Shown here: one piece after another, positions 17,314 through 34,958 of the stretch
How the letters are laid out: the number at the start of each line of letters is the position of its first letter
How positions within the stretch are numbered: position 1 is the stretch's first letter
Assembly: GCF_009914755.1 (NCBI RefSeq)
Contig: NC_060925.1
From: the human T2T-CHM13v2.0 reference genome, Homo sapiens
Direction: 5' to 3' (one strand)
Length of the DNA stretch: 64,000 nucleotides
The notes under the pieces: model-generated
What the model was told of the DNA's origin: nothing
The model's database searches: none
What the model saw: the letters and a program-made list of their open reading frames with translations, nothing else
Position numbers and translations under genes: made by a program

Positions 17314-19107
17314 ATTGTGTCATTGTGTCATCTGCAAAGAAGAACAATTTATTTTCCAACCTTGATCCTTTTTTTTTTCTTTTGTCTATTGCTCGGCTAG
17401 GACTTCCAATATTATGTTGAATAGGAGTGGTAAAAGTGGGCATCCTTCATCCTTGTTTTGATCCAGTTCTTAGAGGGAGAAGCTTTCAACTTTTCCCCAT
17501 TCAGTATGATGTTAGTTGTGGGTCTGTGATATATGGCTTTTATTATGTTGAGGTATGTTCCTTCTATGCCTAATTTGTCGAGTTTTTTTTTTTATCATGA
17601 AGAGATGTTGAATCTTATCAAATGCTTATTCTGCATCTGTTAAGACAATCATATGGTTTTTGTTCTTCATTCTGTTGATGTGATATATCATATTTATTGA
17701 TTTGCATATGTTGAACCACCCTTGTATCCCTGGGATGAATCTCACCTGATCATGGTGTATTATCTTTTTGATGTCTTGTTGGATTCATTTTGCTAGTATT
17801 TTGTTTTGAATTTTTGCATCTCTGTCATCAGGGATATTGGCCTGTAGTTTGTTGTTGTTGTTGTGTCCTTGTCTGGTTTTGGTGTCAGGGTAACGCTTGC
17901 CTTGTAAAATGAGTTAGGGAGAATTTCCTCCCCTTCAAATTTTTGGAATAGTTTGCAGAGAACCGATATTAGTTATTCTTTATAAGTTTGGTAAAATTCA
18001 GCAGTAAAGCCATCTGGTCCTGGGCTTTTCTTTTTTGGGAGACATTTTATTGGAGATTCAATCCTGTTACTAATTAATGGTCTATTCAGGTTTTCTATTT
18101 CTTCCTGGTATAATCATGGTAGATTTTACGTGTCCAGGAATTTATTCATTTCCTTTAGGTTTCACAATTTGTTAGCATATAGTGGTTCATAAATAGTCCT
18201 TAAGGATCCTTTGAAGGTTTGTGGATCCACATCAGTTGTAATGTGTCCTTTTTGTTTCTGATTTTATCGAGTCTTCTCTCTTTTTTTCTTGGTCACTCTA
18301 AGTAGCAGTTTATCGATTTTATCTTTTTTAAAAATCAACTTTTTGTTTTGTTGATTCTTTGTATGTGTTTTAGTCTCTATTTCATTTAGTTCTGCTCTGA
18401 TCTTTATTCTTTCTTTCTTTCTACTAATTTTGGGTTTGATTTGTTCTTGCTTTTCTGGTTCCTTGAGGTGCATTAGGTTGTGTATTTGAGATCCTTTTAC
18501 TTTTATGACCTAGGTGTTTATTGCTATAAACTTCTCTCTTAGCAGTGCTTTTACAGCATCCCATAGATTTTGATATGTTGTGTTTCTATCTTCATTTGCG
18601 TCAAGGAATTTTTTAATATATTCTTAATTTCTTTCCTGACCCAATGGTCATTTAGGAGCATGTTGTTTAATTTCCATGCGTTCTTTTCTTCCCTAGAATG
18701 TCCACTTTCGTCCATGTATTTTTATAGTTTCAAATATTCCTCTTGTTTTTGACATCTAATTTTACTCCACTGTGGTCAGAGAAGACACTTGATATGAATT
18801 CAATTTTTAAAAAAATGTTTGAGATTTGTTTTGTGTCCTAATATATGGCCACTTCTGGAGAACATTTCACATGTTGATTAAAAGAATGTGTATTCTGTAC
18901 TTTTTATGCAAAATGTTTTGTAAATGTCTGTTAGGTCCATTTAGTCTGAAGTGCAGTTTGAATCCAGTGTTTCTTTGTTGATTTTCTATCTAGAGTTCTG
19001 TCCAATGCTGAGAGTGGGGTGTTGAACTCCCCAGCTATTATTTTTATGGAGGTCTATTTCTCCCTTTAGATGTAATTATATTTGCTTTATATATCTGGGT
19101 GTGTTGA

Positions 19108-19479
<372 letters not shown>

Positions 19480-22400
19480 TAATGCTATATCCTCTTGCTG
19501 AACTGATTTATTTATTATTATCTAATGACTTTCTTTGTCTCTTTTTATGGTTTTTGACTTAAAGTCTGTTTTACCTACTATAAGAATAGCTACTCCTGCT
19601 CACTTTGACTCCATTTGTGTGGAATAACTTTTTATATGCCTTCACTATGAATCTTCATGTATCTTTACAAGTGAAGTGAGTTTCTTATAGGCAATATATA
19701 GTTGGATTGTGTTTTTTTTTAATCCATTCAGCCTGTAAATGTCATTTAAATGGAAAATTCAATTCATTTACATTACATTCAAGGTTATTATTTATAGGTG
19801 AGGACTATTCCTGTCATTCTGTTAATTTTTTTCTGGTTCTTTTGTATATCCTTTGTTCCTTCATTCTCTCTTATTGTTTATCATTGCAGTTTGGTGGTTT
19901 TCTGTAGTGGTAACATTTGACTCCTTTCTCTTTCTTCTTTGTGTTATTGATATACCATTGAGTTTTATGCTTTTGTGTGTTTTCATTATGGTAGATACCA
20001 TCCTTTCACTTCCAGATATAGGACTTCCTTAAGCATTTCTTGTAGGGCTGATCTATTGTTGATGAATTCCCCCAGGTTTTGCTTACCTGGGAAAGACTTC
20101 ATTTCTTTATTTTTGAAGGATAGCTTTGCTAGGTATTGTATTCCACACTGGCAGTTAGAACTTTGACTGTATCATCTCATTCTCTCCTGGCCTATTAGGT
20201 TTCTGCTGAGAAATCCACTGTTAATATGAGGAAGATTCCCTTACATGTGACTTGATGCTTTTCTCTTGCTGATTTTAGAATTCTCTTTTTGCCTTTACCT
20301 TTTGGCAGTTTGAAATTCATGTACCTTGGAGAAAACCTTTTTTGGGTTAAATCTATTTGGAGATCTTTGAGCTTCCTGTACCTGGATATCTATATATCTT
20401 GCAAGGCTTGGGAAGTTTTCAGCGATTATTTTGTAAAATAGCTTTTCTATGTGTTTGCCTGTCTCTCCACCTTCTGGAGCTCTCAAAATTCAAATATCTG
20501 GTTGCTTTATGGTATCCCATATGTCATATAGGCTTTCTTCATGCTTTCTTATTCTTTTTGTTTGTTTGACTGGGTTATTGCAAAAGACCTGTCTTCGAGT
20601 TCAGAAATTCTTTCTTCTGCTCGATCAAGTCCATTGTTAAAGCTCTTAATTGTATTTTTAATTTTATGCATTGAATTCTTCAGTTCCAAGATTTCTGTTT
20701 GACCTTTTTCTTTAATATCTATCTGTTTGTTAAATCTCTCATTCAGATCTTGAATTGATTTCCTATTTTCTTTGTGTTGTTTATTTGTGTTCTCTTGTAT
20801 CTCACTAAGTTTCTTTTTTTCCTCCTCCCTCTCTGAGTTTCTTTATTGTCATTTTTTTCAATTCCTTTTCAGACATTTCTTAGATTTCCTTTTTGTTGGG
20901 ATCTGTTACAGAGAATTATTGTGTTCCTTTGGAAGAGCCATGTTTCCTTGCTTTTTCATGTTTCTTGTGTCTTGCACAGATACATTGGTATCTGTGCATC
21001 TGGTATAAAAGTTGCTTCTTTCAGTTTTATAGATTGGCTTTCATAGTGGAAGACATTTTCCTTTGGATATTTCTTCAGTGTTGGTTGGGTAGGTTACTCT
21101 GGCTTTAATTCTGGATGGGCACAGTAGTGTAGTCCCTGCATGATTTCTTCAGCTATATAATCAGCATCAATGATGTCTCTGAGTTTTGCAGTGGCTTAGG
21201 CTGTGGTTGTTATTGAAGGCTATGGTGGGGCTTTGTTGGGGACAGGAGAACCAGGCAGGCTGGTCCATGGACACCAGTGGTAGGGACAGCTGGCTAAACA
21301 TCAGGTTCGTGAACCCCCTGGCAGCCTACATGGGCACTAGTAGTAGCAGGTCTGGGTAGACCAATTCTTGGGCCTCCAGGTGGCTTGCTTGAGTGCTGGC
21401 AGTGGCAGCAGTGGGCCAGATGGGTGTCAGGTCCGCAGGCCCCTTGGCAGCATTCATTGCATAAGCAGTGGCAGTAGCAGCAGGAGGCCAACCCTTCAGC
21501 CCCCTTGCAGCACGTGAGTACCAGCAATTGCAGTGGTGGGCTGAATTGGCCAATCCCCAGGCCTCCAGGTGGCACACAGATGTGGGTGCCAGTGCCAGTG
21601 GCAGGTTGGGCAGGCCAGTCCCAAGGTCTTCAGTAAATCCACATGGTGGAAGTGATGGGCAGGACAGGTCTATTCTCAGGCCCCTGAAAGGCATACATAA
21701 GTGCCAGTGGTGTCAGGCAGGGCAGAACAATCCCCAGGCCCCTGGAGGGTATATGTGAGTGTCAGTAGGAGCAGGTGGAGAAGATCAATCTCCAGGTCCC
21801 TGGACAACATGCATATACACTGGCAGCGGCAGTTGGGGTGAGTTGACCCCTAGGCTTCTGAATGATGCATGCGGGCACTGGTGAAGGTGGATGTAGGCAG
21901 GTCTGGCCTATCATCATGACTCCAGTGGTGCATGTGGGTGCCGCTTGCAACGAGCAGGGTGGATCTATCCCTAGGTCCCCAGATAGCATGCTGGGGCACT
22001 GGTAGTGGTGGTGGCAGTGGACAGATCAGGACCATCCTCAGGCCCTCAGATGGTGTGCATGGGCACTGGCAGTGGTGGGCAGGGCAGGTGGATTCCCAGG
22101 CCTCCAGATAAAAAATGCATGCAGGCCGCACTGGTGGAAGCTGCAGGTGGGTTGGGTATAACCTCAGGTCCTCCAATGGTGTGTATGGCCACTGGCTGTA
22201 GTGGGTGGAGCAAATTGATCCCTGTGCTCCCAGACTCATTTTTTAATTAGGTTGTTTGGTGTTATTTTTTATTGCTCAGGTTTAAGTTTTCTATATATTC
22301 TGGATATTAATGTTTTATGAGATATGTGATTTGAAACTATTTTCTTCTATCCTGTGGATTATCTTTTTATTCTGTTCATAGGGACTTTTGAGGCACAGAA

Positions 22401-22862
22401 GTTTTTAATTTTAATGAAAGCTATTTTTCTTTTTGTTACCCGGGCTTTTGGTGTCATATCCAAGAAATCATTGCCAAATCCAATGTCATGAATATTTTTC
22501 CCTATGTTTTCTTCTAAGAGTTTTATCGTTTAGCTCTTAACATTTCAGGAATTAACTATTGATAATGCCCAACAACTTGGATGGATGCTGAGTTAAATAG
22601 CCACTTTCAAAGTATTGAATACTGTATGATTCCATTTATAGAACATTTTAGAGGTGACAAATTGTAGTAATACAAAACAGTTAAGTGGTTTTCAGGGCTT
22701 AGGATATGTGGGCAGCTGTGAATCTTAAGTGGTAACATGACAGAGTTTCTTCTATGTGATGTATTCACTCTTGTGTTCTGGTTGTGGTGGTAATTACGTG
22801 AATCTACGCATGTGATAAAGTTTTACAGAACTATGCTAAATAAATAAATAAAAGAGTGTCTG

Positions 22863-23223
<361 letters not shown>

Positions 23224-23379
23224 TCAGCATCAATTTCCTAGTTTAGACAATGCATTAGGATTATGTAAACTATTCCCATTGGGAAAAAGCTGGGGAAAGG
23301 GTACATGGAAACTTCTTGTGAGTCAAACAGTTTTGAAATAAAATAATTTAAAATCCTATTTTAAAATCTCTTCAATGTT

Positions 23380-24080
23380 TGGCCATTGTACTAAGAATAA
23401 AATCTAACTTATTTTCCAAAGCATACAATGCTTAGCATGATGTAGCCCTTGCCTATCTCTTCTCTGACCTTATCCACTTACTAGTCTCCCCCTTCTACTA
23501 TACACGAGCCGTTATTTTCCTGTCAATTCCTCAAGCATAGTAACTCCTCTCCCACCTCAGGGACTTTGTAACTGTTGTTCCTTCTGTCTAGAATTCCCTG
23601 ATCACAGCTGTCTCATGAAAGATACATACTCTCCTCTGGATGGTGAGATTTTTTTCATTATTTGTTCAACAAATATTTATAAATGCAGGTTTGAGAGGCA
23701 AGCCTCAAGGCAGCAGTGTAGTTTTGAACATATTGGTTTGAAGTGCTTCTCAGACAACTGGAAGTCACGATTAATAATCTAATTAGATCCTCAGATCTAG
23801 AACTAGATATAAAATTTGGGATCTGGCTTACAATTTGATGAGTTGTACAGGAATTGGATGGTACTTGAAGCCATGAGTGAAATGAGATCACGTAGGAAGA
23901 GAATATACTCTGAGAAGAGAGGGGGCCTAAGGCCAGACCCTGGGAACCATTAATAGAGCAGGAGGGAGTGATAACATGGAAGCCAAGTAAGAATGTTTCA
24001 AACGGGAAGATTCATCCAATGTATCAAATGCTGCTAAAAAATCAGGTAAGATCAACTATGTTTATTAAATTTAACAACAT
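23380..24080. mobile_element. Two L2 fragments in opposite orientation (about 23380-23620 +; 23655-24080 -)
   Basis: L2 motifs: cctcccacctcagggacttt, tttgttcaacaaatatttat and catggaagccaag. Confidence 0.6.
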
Positions 24081-24228
24081 GTACAGCCATATGTTGATAC
24101 AACTAGAAAAATTATTGTTATTTTTAATAACAATACTATTATAATATTTTAAAATACTATTTAGTATATTTTAAAATACTATTAAAAATAATAATAATAT
24201 AATAATAATGCTATTAAAAATAATAATA

Positions 24229-24506
24229 CCAGGCATGGTGTCTCACACCTATAATCCCAGCACTTTGGAAGGCTGAGGCAGGAGGATTGCCTGAGCCCAG
24301 GAGTTCAAGACCAGTCTGGGCAACATAGCAAAACCCCATCTGTACAAAAAATACCAAAATTAGCTGGGCGTGGTGGCACACACTTGTCACAGCTATTCGG
24401 GAGGCTGAGGTTGGGCGATCGCTTGAGCCTGAAAGGCAGAGGTTGCAGTGAGCTGTGATTGAGCCACTGAGCTCCAGCCTGGGTGACACAGTAAGACCTT
24501 GTCTCA

Positions 24507-24538
<32 letters not shown>
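24229..24538 (+). mobile_element. AluJ with (AAT)n tail
   Basis: Alu dimer; (AAT)n at about 24508-24535. Confidence 0.92.
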
Positions 24539-24648
24539 TGCAAACATTAGCAGTAATATAATGAAACTTGTTCTGTCATAGATCACTAGTAATAACATAA
24601 ATTGGTATAATTCTTTTAGAAATTATTTTGGCAATATGTATCAAGAGA

Positions 24649-25137
<489 letters not shown>

Positions 25138-25804
25138 TAAAAGAGTTTTTAAAGTGTTTATAACTTTTGACCCAGCAATCACACTTCCAAGAATCTTATC
25201 AAAAGAAATAGTCCTAACCATGGAAAAGACTGTGTCTCTGATGATGTTCCTAGCAATAATATTTACCAATAGTGAAAAAAATAAAACTACCAAAATGTCC
25301 AGTACAGGAGTGTTAAGCAAATGGTGATAATTCACTCAGTGAAAAATTATGCAGACATTGAAAATGATGTTTATAGACTGAACATGAATATAAAACAGTA
25401 ACCTGTACTTGGTAAATCTGAAGAAAACACTAATGTGGTTTTTGCCTTTTTGATAATTTCTATGTGTTAGTTTTTTCCATATTTATAAAATTATCTTTAA
25501 TGACCATGAATTACTTTCTTAATCAAAAAATATATATTTTTAAGCTTGTTTATATGATTATATTAACTTTTTCTTGATATTTTTCCTACAATCTTCTTAT
25601 ATGTATTATTTATTATATTTTACTTCCATCTTACTCTTTGCTACATTAAGAATGCTTCATTTACTCTTTCCTCAGCAGTTATACAAAAGGTAGTTGTATT
25701 TAAAATTCTGAATAGTGAATATGATTTTCAGAAACAAAATTAAAATATCTATTATTTATTATTTATTAGGCAAACCTGTATTTCTCTATAAACATCATCA
25801 AATG

Positions 25805-26102
<298 letters not shown>

Positions 26103-26906
26103 TCATCAAATGAGTATTCTTCAGGAAAGGCCTTCCCTGACCATTATTCCTACTTCCCACAATGGGTTCTACTATCAGATAACCCCATAACCCCCCTAAT
26201 TACTCCTTACTGGCACTCATGATAACAATCTTAAAGGTTCCTTTGTGAGTGGATGCCATGTTTTTAGAAAATTAAACAAAAGCAGTATTAGAGGATTAGG
26301 ATAGAATTCTAGACTAGCCCTCATCATCTGATTTTTTAATTCTAGAAATTTCCCATAGTAAAACAGTTGCTTCCATTCTAAAAGTACCTTATTAGGAATA
26401 ATTCCAACTCAATTCCCCTTCTCCTTATGTATCATGAGAAAAAGGGAGCTTTTCAGATCTATCTGATTTCTAAGAGCGTTTTCCTTAAAGCCCCCAGGTA
26501 TCGTTTGAAACCTACCTTGAAAGAGTATGTCATTTTGAAGGCAGGCTCATGTAGGAAGAATTCTAACAAACAGATTAGTTTCAGAAACTCTACTATGTAT
26601 TTCATGGAGATTAACACTAGGGTTATTTATTTAAGTATCCCCATAGTTTCAGTGCATTCAGGATTCTGATTGTGTGTAGAGTTTTTGACGAGTTGGAAAC
26701 TATTACAACTTATTTATAATTCATAAAGTTCGCATGGGGAGGAGGCTATAAGGTAGAAAGAACAAAGCTGAATCTTGAGCACATGGTAAATTTACAAATG
26801 TAAGCAATGTCTTAACGAAAATAACAAATTCAATATATCCTGATGTCACATCAAAATACTTTAGCTATGAAAATAATAAAAAATGAAATTTAATTTGTTT
26901 TTACAG

Positions 26907-27013
26907 AATTCCATAGTACTCAGCACACAGATGGCCACATTGGGACAGAAGCCTGTCATACATACAGTTCTGAAGAGAAAAGTTTATTCTTCAAATGAGA
27001 AAATGAGAAGGGG
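26907..27013 (+). CDS. CATSPERE: CATSPERE internal coding exon B (107 nt, phase 0-2): NSIVLSTQMATLGQKPVIHTVLKRKVYSSNEKMRR(G)
   Basis: Acceptor tttgtttttacAG ends at 26906 and donor GTATTT starts at 27014. The terminal GG plus the first G of exon C completes a Gly codon. The peptide matches recalled CATSPERE. Confidence 0.93.
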
Positions 27014-27328
27014 GTATTTAATTTTTTTTAATTTTAAATATAGAAATATGAAAACTTAAACTAGATTTTAAAATCCTAGTGGAACTTAATGAAATGTGTC
27101 TTATATGTTATTTTCAAGTGCCTTCTTTTATAAAACATAAAAAATTTGATAATCAGAACTAATTACTAACTTAGAAAATGCTAGACTCTTGGATTAGAGT
27201 TTTACAATTTGTGTCCATACATAATCCTCAATCCAAGAGCCTCATTCAGGTTGGTGGCAAATCCTGGAAATATCTCAAAATGTGTCCTGCTGGCTTATAA
27301 AAGTCAACCACGGTGGTGTCCAGTGCCC

Positions 27329-27358
27329 GTACACACACATACACACACACACACACAC
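27329..27358. repeat. Imperfect (CA)n microsatellite
   Basis: acacacacatacacacacacacacac. Confidence 0.9.
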
Positions 27359-27712
27359 CACAAATTCTACCTGAAAGGCAAGATACATTACTGTTAAAGT
27401 TAGTAGGTTATCACAAGGTATAGACAGACTTTCTTAGTCTATTAAGCACCTAGACACAGGGCAAGGTGCTTTTAACTAAAGGATAAAGTACCTGCCTTCA
27501 ATAATCTTTCATTTAGTGCAAGAGACAAACAAGAAACAGGTATTATATAGGAGTGAGGCCAGGATGCAGAGGAACACAAAGAGGGTGCACCAACTCTGGC
27601 CTGGAGGAGAGGGAGTCAGGGAGGACTTTTCTAAAAAGGTGACATCTGCATTATTGAAAAGAAGTAAAACCTAGCCAAATGGGGGAGAATTCCAAACATA
27701 GGAAATGACAAA

Positions 27713-28305
27713 CAGCAGGTCCTCAAATAATGTTCATTATAACATTGATTAGAAAAAACTTGATTCCCTGTTGGGGCCACTGCTGTGTGGAGTGTGCATG
27801 CTCTCCCCGTGTCTGCGTGGGTTTCCTCCAGGTATTCTGGTTTCCTCTCACATCCCAAAGCTGTGCACTTGAAGTTCATTGGTGTGTCTGCGTGGTCTCA
27901 GTTGGAATGAGTGTGGGTGTGAATGTCAGTGTGCCCTACAATGGGATGGCGTCCTGTCCAGGGTAGGCTCCTGCCTTGAGCCCTGAGCTGCCAAAATGGG
28001 CTCTGGCCAACCACAACCCTGAACTGGAATAAGCAGGTTAGAAAATGAATGAATGGATGGATGAATACAAACTATTGTAAAATAAAAATTTGTAAAGTAG
28101 ACAAGAGTATGACATGACAATAAACAATGCTGTAGGAAAGCGCTCAGCCGCCATATTTGTGATTGTTGAGTTTTGAACTGTGTGATAGTAGGAGGTGTTT
28201 CTTAACAATTTGGCAAACATTAATGTCTTGATTTAACCCACCATCACTATGATAACCCTCACTCACGGATTCACCAAGAGTTGGGTCAATAATTACCTTA
28301 CTTGT
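27713..28305 (+). mobile_element. MER6 non-autonomous TcMar/Tigger-type DNA transposon, right end missing
   Basis: Begins CAGCAGGTCCTCAAATAATG and contains gtgtggagtgtgcatgctctccccgtgtctgcgtgggtttcctcc...catcccaaag, as in the recalled MER6 consensus. Confidence 0.8.
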
Positions 28306-28835
28306 AAGCCACCATGACTAGCCCTAAGAGTTCTTTATATTCTAGATACAAGTCCTTTATCAAACATGATTTACAAGGATTTTCTCCCATTCTGTGAATT
28401 GTCTTCTCAGGTTCTTCATGATACCCTTAAAGCACAGAAGTTTTACATTTTTATGAATTCCTAATTACCTGTTTTTTTCCTTTGGTTCTGTGTGCTTTGG
28501 GTGCCGTATCAAGGAAACCATTGCCAAATCCAAACTGTTTTTTTCCTATGAGTATTATAGTGTTCGCTCTTACATTTAAGCCCTTGGTCTACTTTGAGTT
28601 TATATTTGGTCTATATTTGCAGTGAGTTCATTTTGTGGTAGGGGTCCAAATGGATTCTTTTCTTTCTGGAGATCTAGTTGTCCCAGCATAATTTGCTGAA
28701 AAGACTGTTGTTTCCCCCATTGAATTGTTTTGGAACTTTTGTTGAAAGTCAGTTAAGAGTGAATGTGACAGTATATTTCTGGATTTTTAAATTCTATTCC
28801 ATTGCCCTACATATTCATCCTTATGCCAATACCAC

Positions 28836-29100
28836 ACTTCTCCCATGGGTCTCTGCAACCCACAATCAGGAGATGCCCTTATGAGCCCATGCCACCAGGG
28901 CCTTGGGTCCAATACACACAGCTGTGTGGAGTCTCGGCAGAGCAGCCACTCAGGCACACGCAGAGGCCCAGGAGTTTTACATACTGTGGACCCAGGACCC
29001 CTGCCAAGGTGGAAAATTTGTCCGTACATATCCCTAGGAAGGGGGCTGAATCCAGGGAGCCAAGCAGCATTGTTCTGTGGGCCCCAATTCCACAGCAACT
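28836..29100 (+). mobile_element. Isolated 5'UTR fragment of an older primate L1 (L1PA8-16/L1PB type)
   Basis: GC-rich segment cttctcccatgggtctctgcaaccc...ggggctgaatccagggagccaagcagc, typical of older L1P 5'UTRs. Confidence 0.65.
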
Positions 29101-29386
29101 AAGGAAAAATTCTAGAAAAATATAAATCGTCAAAATTGACCCAAAAAATACATATAGAACTTGAGTAATGTTTTAACTGAAAAGAAACAATTATTATTTA
29201 ACAATCATTGAGGAAGGGAAGAGAGCACTAGCACAGATAATTCCAATCCTAAACAGTGAGATGAAGTTATTAGCATACTGAAATTCAGGCAAGAGCTATA
29301 TAAGAAAGGAAAATCACAAGCTAATCTTATTCGTGAATGTAGATGCCAAATCCTGAATAGAATATTATCAAATAAATTTAGCAATA

Positions 29387-29689
29387 GGCCAGGCATAGTG
29401 GCTCACACCTTTAATCCCAGCACTTTGGGAGGCCAAGGCAGGAGGATTGCTTGAGGCCAGGAGTTTCAGACCAGTCTGGGAAACATAGAGAGACCCCATC
29501 TCTATACAAAAATTAAAAATTAGCCAAGTGTAGTGGCATGCACCTGTAGTCCTAGCTACTTGGGAGGCTGAGGCAGGAGGATTGCTCAAGCCCAGGAATT
29601 TGAGGCCACAGTGAGCTATGATCATGCCACTGTACTCCAGCCTAGGTAATAGAGTGAGACCTTGTCTCTAAATACATAAATAAATAAAT
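29387..29689 (+). mobile_element. AluJ
   Basis: Alu dimer with a degenerate TSD aaataaat..ag.aata. Confidence 0.93.
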
Positions 29690-30206
29690 CCAGTAATATA
29701 TATGAAAAATAAATGATATATGATCAAGTTGATTTATACCAGAAGTGCAAGTTCAGTATCATATTTTTAAATGTTTTAATGTAATTTATTACATTAATAG
29801 CTTAAAGGAGTAAAATTAGATGATCATCTCAAGAGGGAAAAAATAAAGCTTTATTTCAAAATGTTTTTTACTTCCTGCTTTCCTCGGCTTAGTAAAAAAT
29901 AAAATAAATTTTTTTAACCTCATATTGTACATAAAAATAATCTCAGATGAATTAAATATGTACATTTGAAAGGCTAAACTGAAAAAAATTAGAAATATAG
30001 AATATCTTTATTGTCTCAGGATACTGAAGGATTTCTACAACAATTCAAAAGTTACTCAAACTATACGAGTAAACATTTGATAAATTCAGCTCATTGATGA
30101 ATACATGACCTGATGTTCAGCCTCATTAGTAATCAAAGAAAAATATTAATAGCCTAATGAGATCCATTTTACACATACCAGATTGATAAATATATTAAAG
30201 TTTTAG

Positions 30207-33834
<3,628 letters not shown>

Positions 33835-34439
33835 AGAAAGTCATTGGTGAGGATACGCAACAATGAAACACTAATGTGGATTGCTGATGGAAGTGTAAAT
33901 TGGCACAACCAATTTGAAAGAATTTTACATTATCAGGCAAAGTTAAAGATGCACATACCCCATGGTTACAAGCTCAATACCACTGTATACCCTAGAGAAA
34001 TCCATGCACAGTTACCTCAGGAGATGTGTAAAATAATATTCGTAGCAGCATTGTTTGCAATTGCAAAAAAAGAAGAAGAAAGAAACTTTAATTTCCACTC
34101 ATGGAGAAATGTATAATGAAGACACCAAACATATACTTATTAGTTTTGGTTTAACTGTAAGTAACAGAAAACTTGATTAATAATGGCTTAACAACAAAAA
34201 AAATTTTTTTCTGCTACTTAAGAAGCCTAGAAGTAGCCAGTGGTTAAGGCCGTAGGCTTTTTCCAACCTTCTTCTCCACCATCCTCAGAGTGTTGGCCTC
34301 ATCTGTGGCCTCATGGTCACAAGATGGCTGCTGAAGCTCTAACAGCACAAGTCTGCACTCAATGTGAGAAAGGCAGGTGACAGTGAGTGGGTAGCCAACG
34401 TAGCAAAGAGGACCTTTTCCTTAATGGTGCTATCCTTTT

Positions 34440-34750
34440 GTCAGGAAAGTGTGGTGACACATGCCTGTAATCCCAGCATTGGGAGGCTGAGGTGGGCAGA
34501 CTGCCTGAGCTCAGGAGTTAAGACCAGCATGGGCAATATGACAAAACCCTGCCTCTATGCACAAAATACAAAAATTAGCCAGGCATGGTGGCACACACCT
34601 GTAGTCTCAGCTACTGGGGAGGCTGAGGTAGGAAGAATGCCCAAGCCCAGGAGTTTGAGGCTGCAGTAAGCTATGATTGGGCCACTACACTTCAACCTGG
34701 GTGACAATGAGACCCTGTATCAAAAAGAAAAAAAAAAAAGGAAAAGAAAA
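34440..34750 (+). mobile_element. AluJ within an MLT1-type LTR remnant (about 34135-34920)
   Basis: Diverged Alu dimer; the flanks carry MLT1 motifs (gtaagtaacagaaaac, caagatggctgc). Confidence 0.85.
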
Positions 34751-34958
34751 TAATTTCTTACATGTCCTTGTATATCTCATTGGCCACAGTGGGTTATATG
34801 GCCAATTCTAGCTACAAGAGAGACTAGAAAAAAAATATCTGGCTTTTCCAGCCTATACAATGGGAGGCTAGCAAGGATAAGGCAGTGCTTTTCAGTGGTG
34901 CTCACCAGTTTCTACCACAACAAAATCACCTGTGATTCAACCAATAGATTGGCTTAGT

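Noticed and set aside
21294-22250. Cluster of overlapping GC-rich ORFs as a gene, CpG island or CRISPR-like array
   Set aside because: It is a CpG-poor degenerate repeat in an L1 5'UTR with no repeat-spacer structure.
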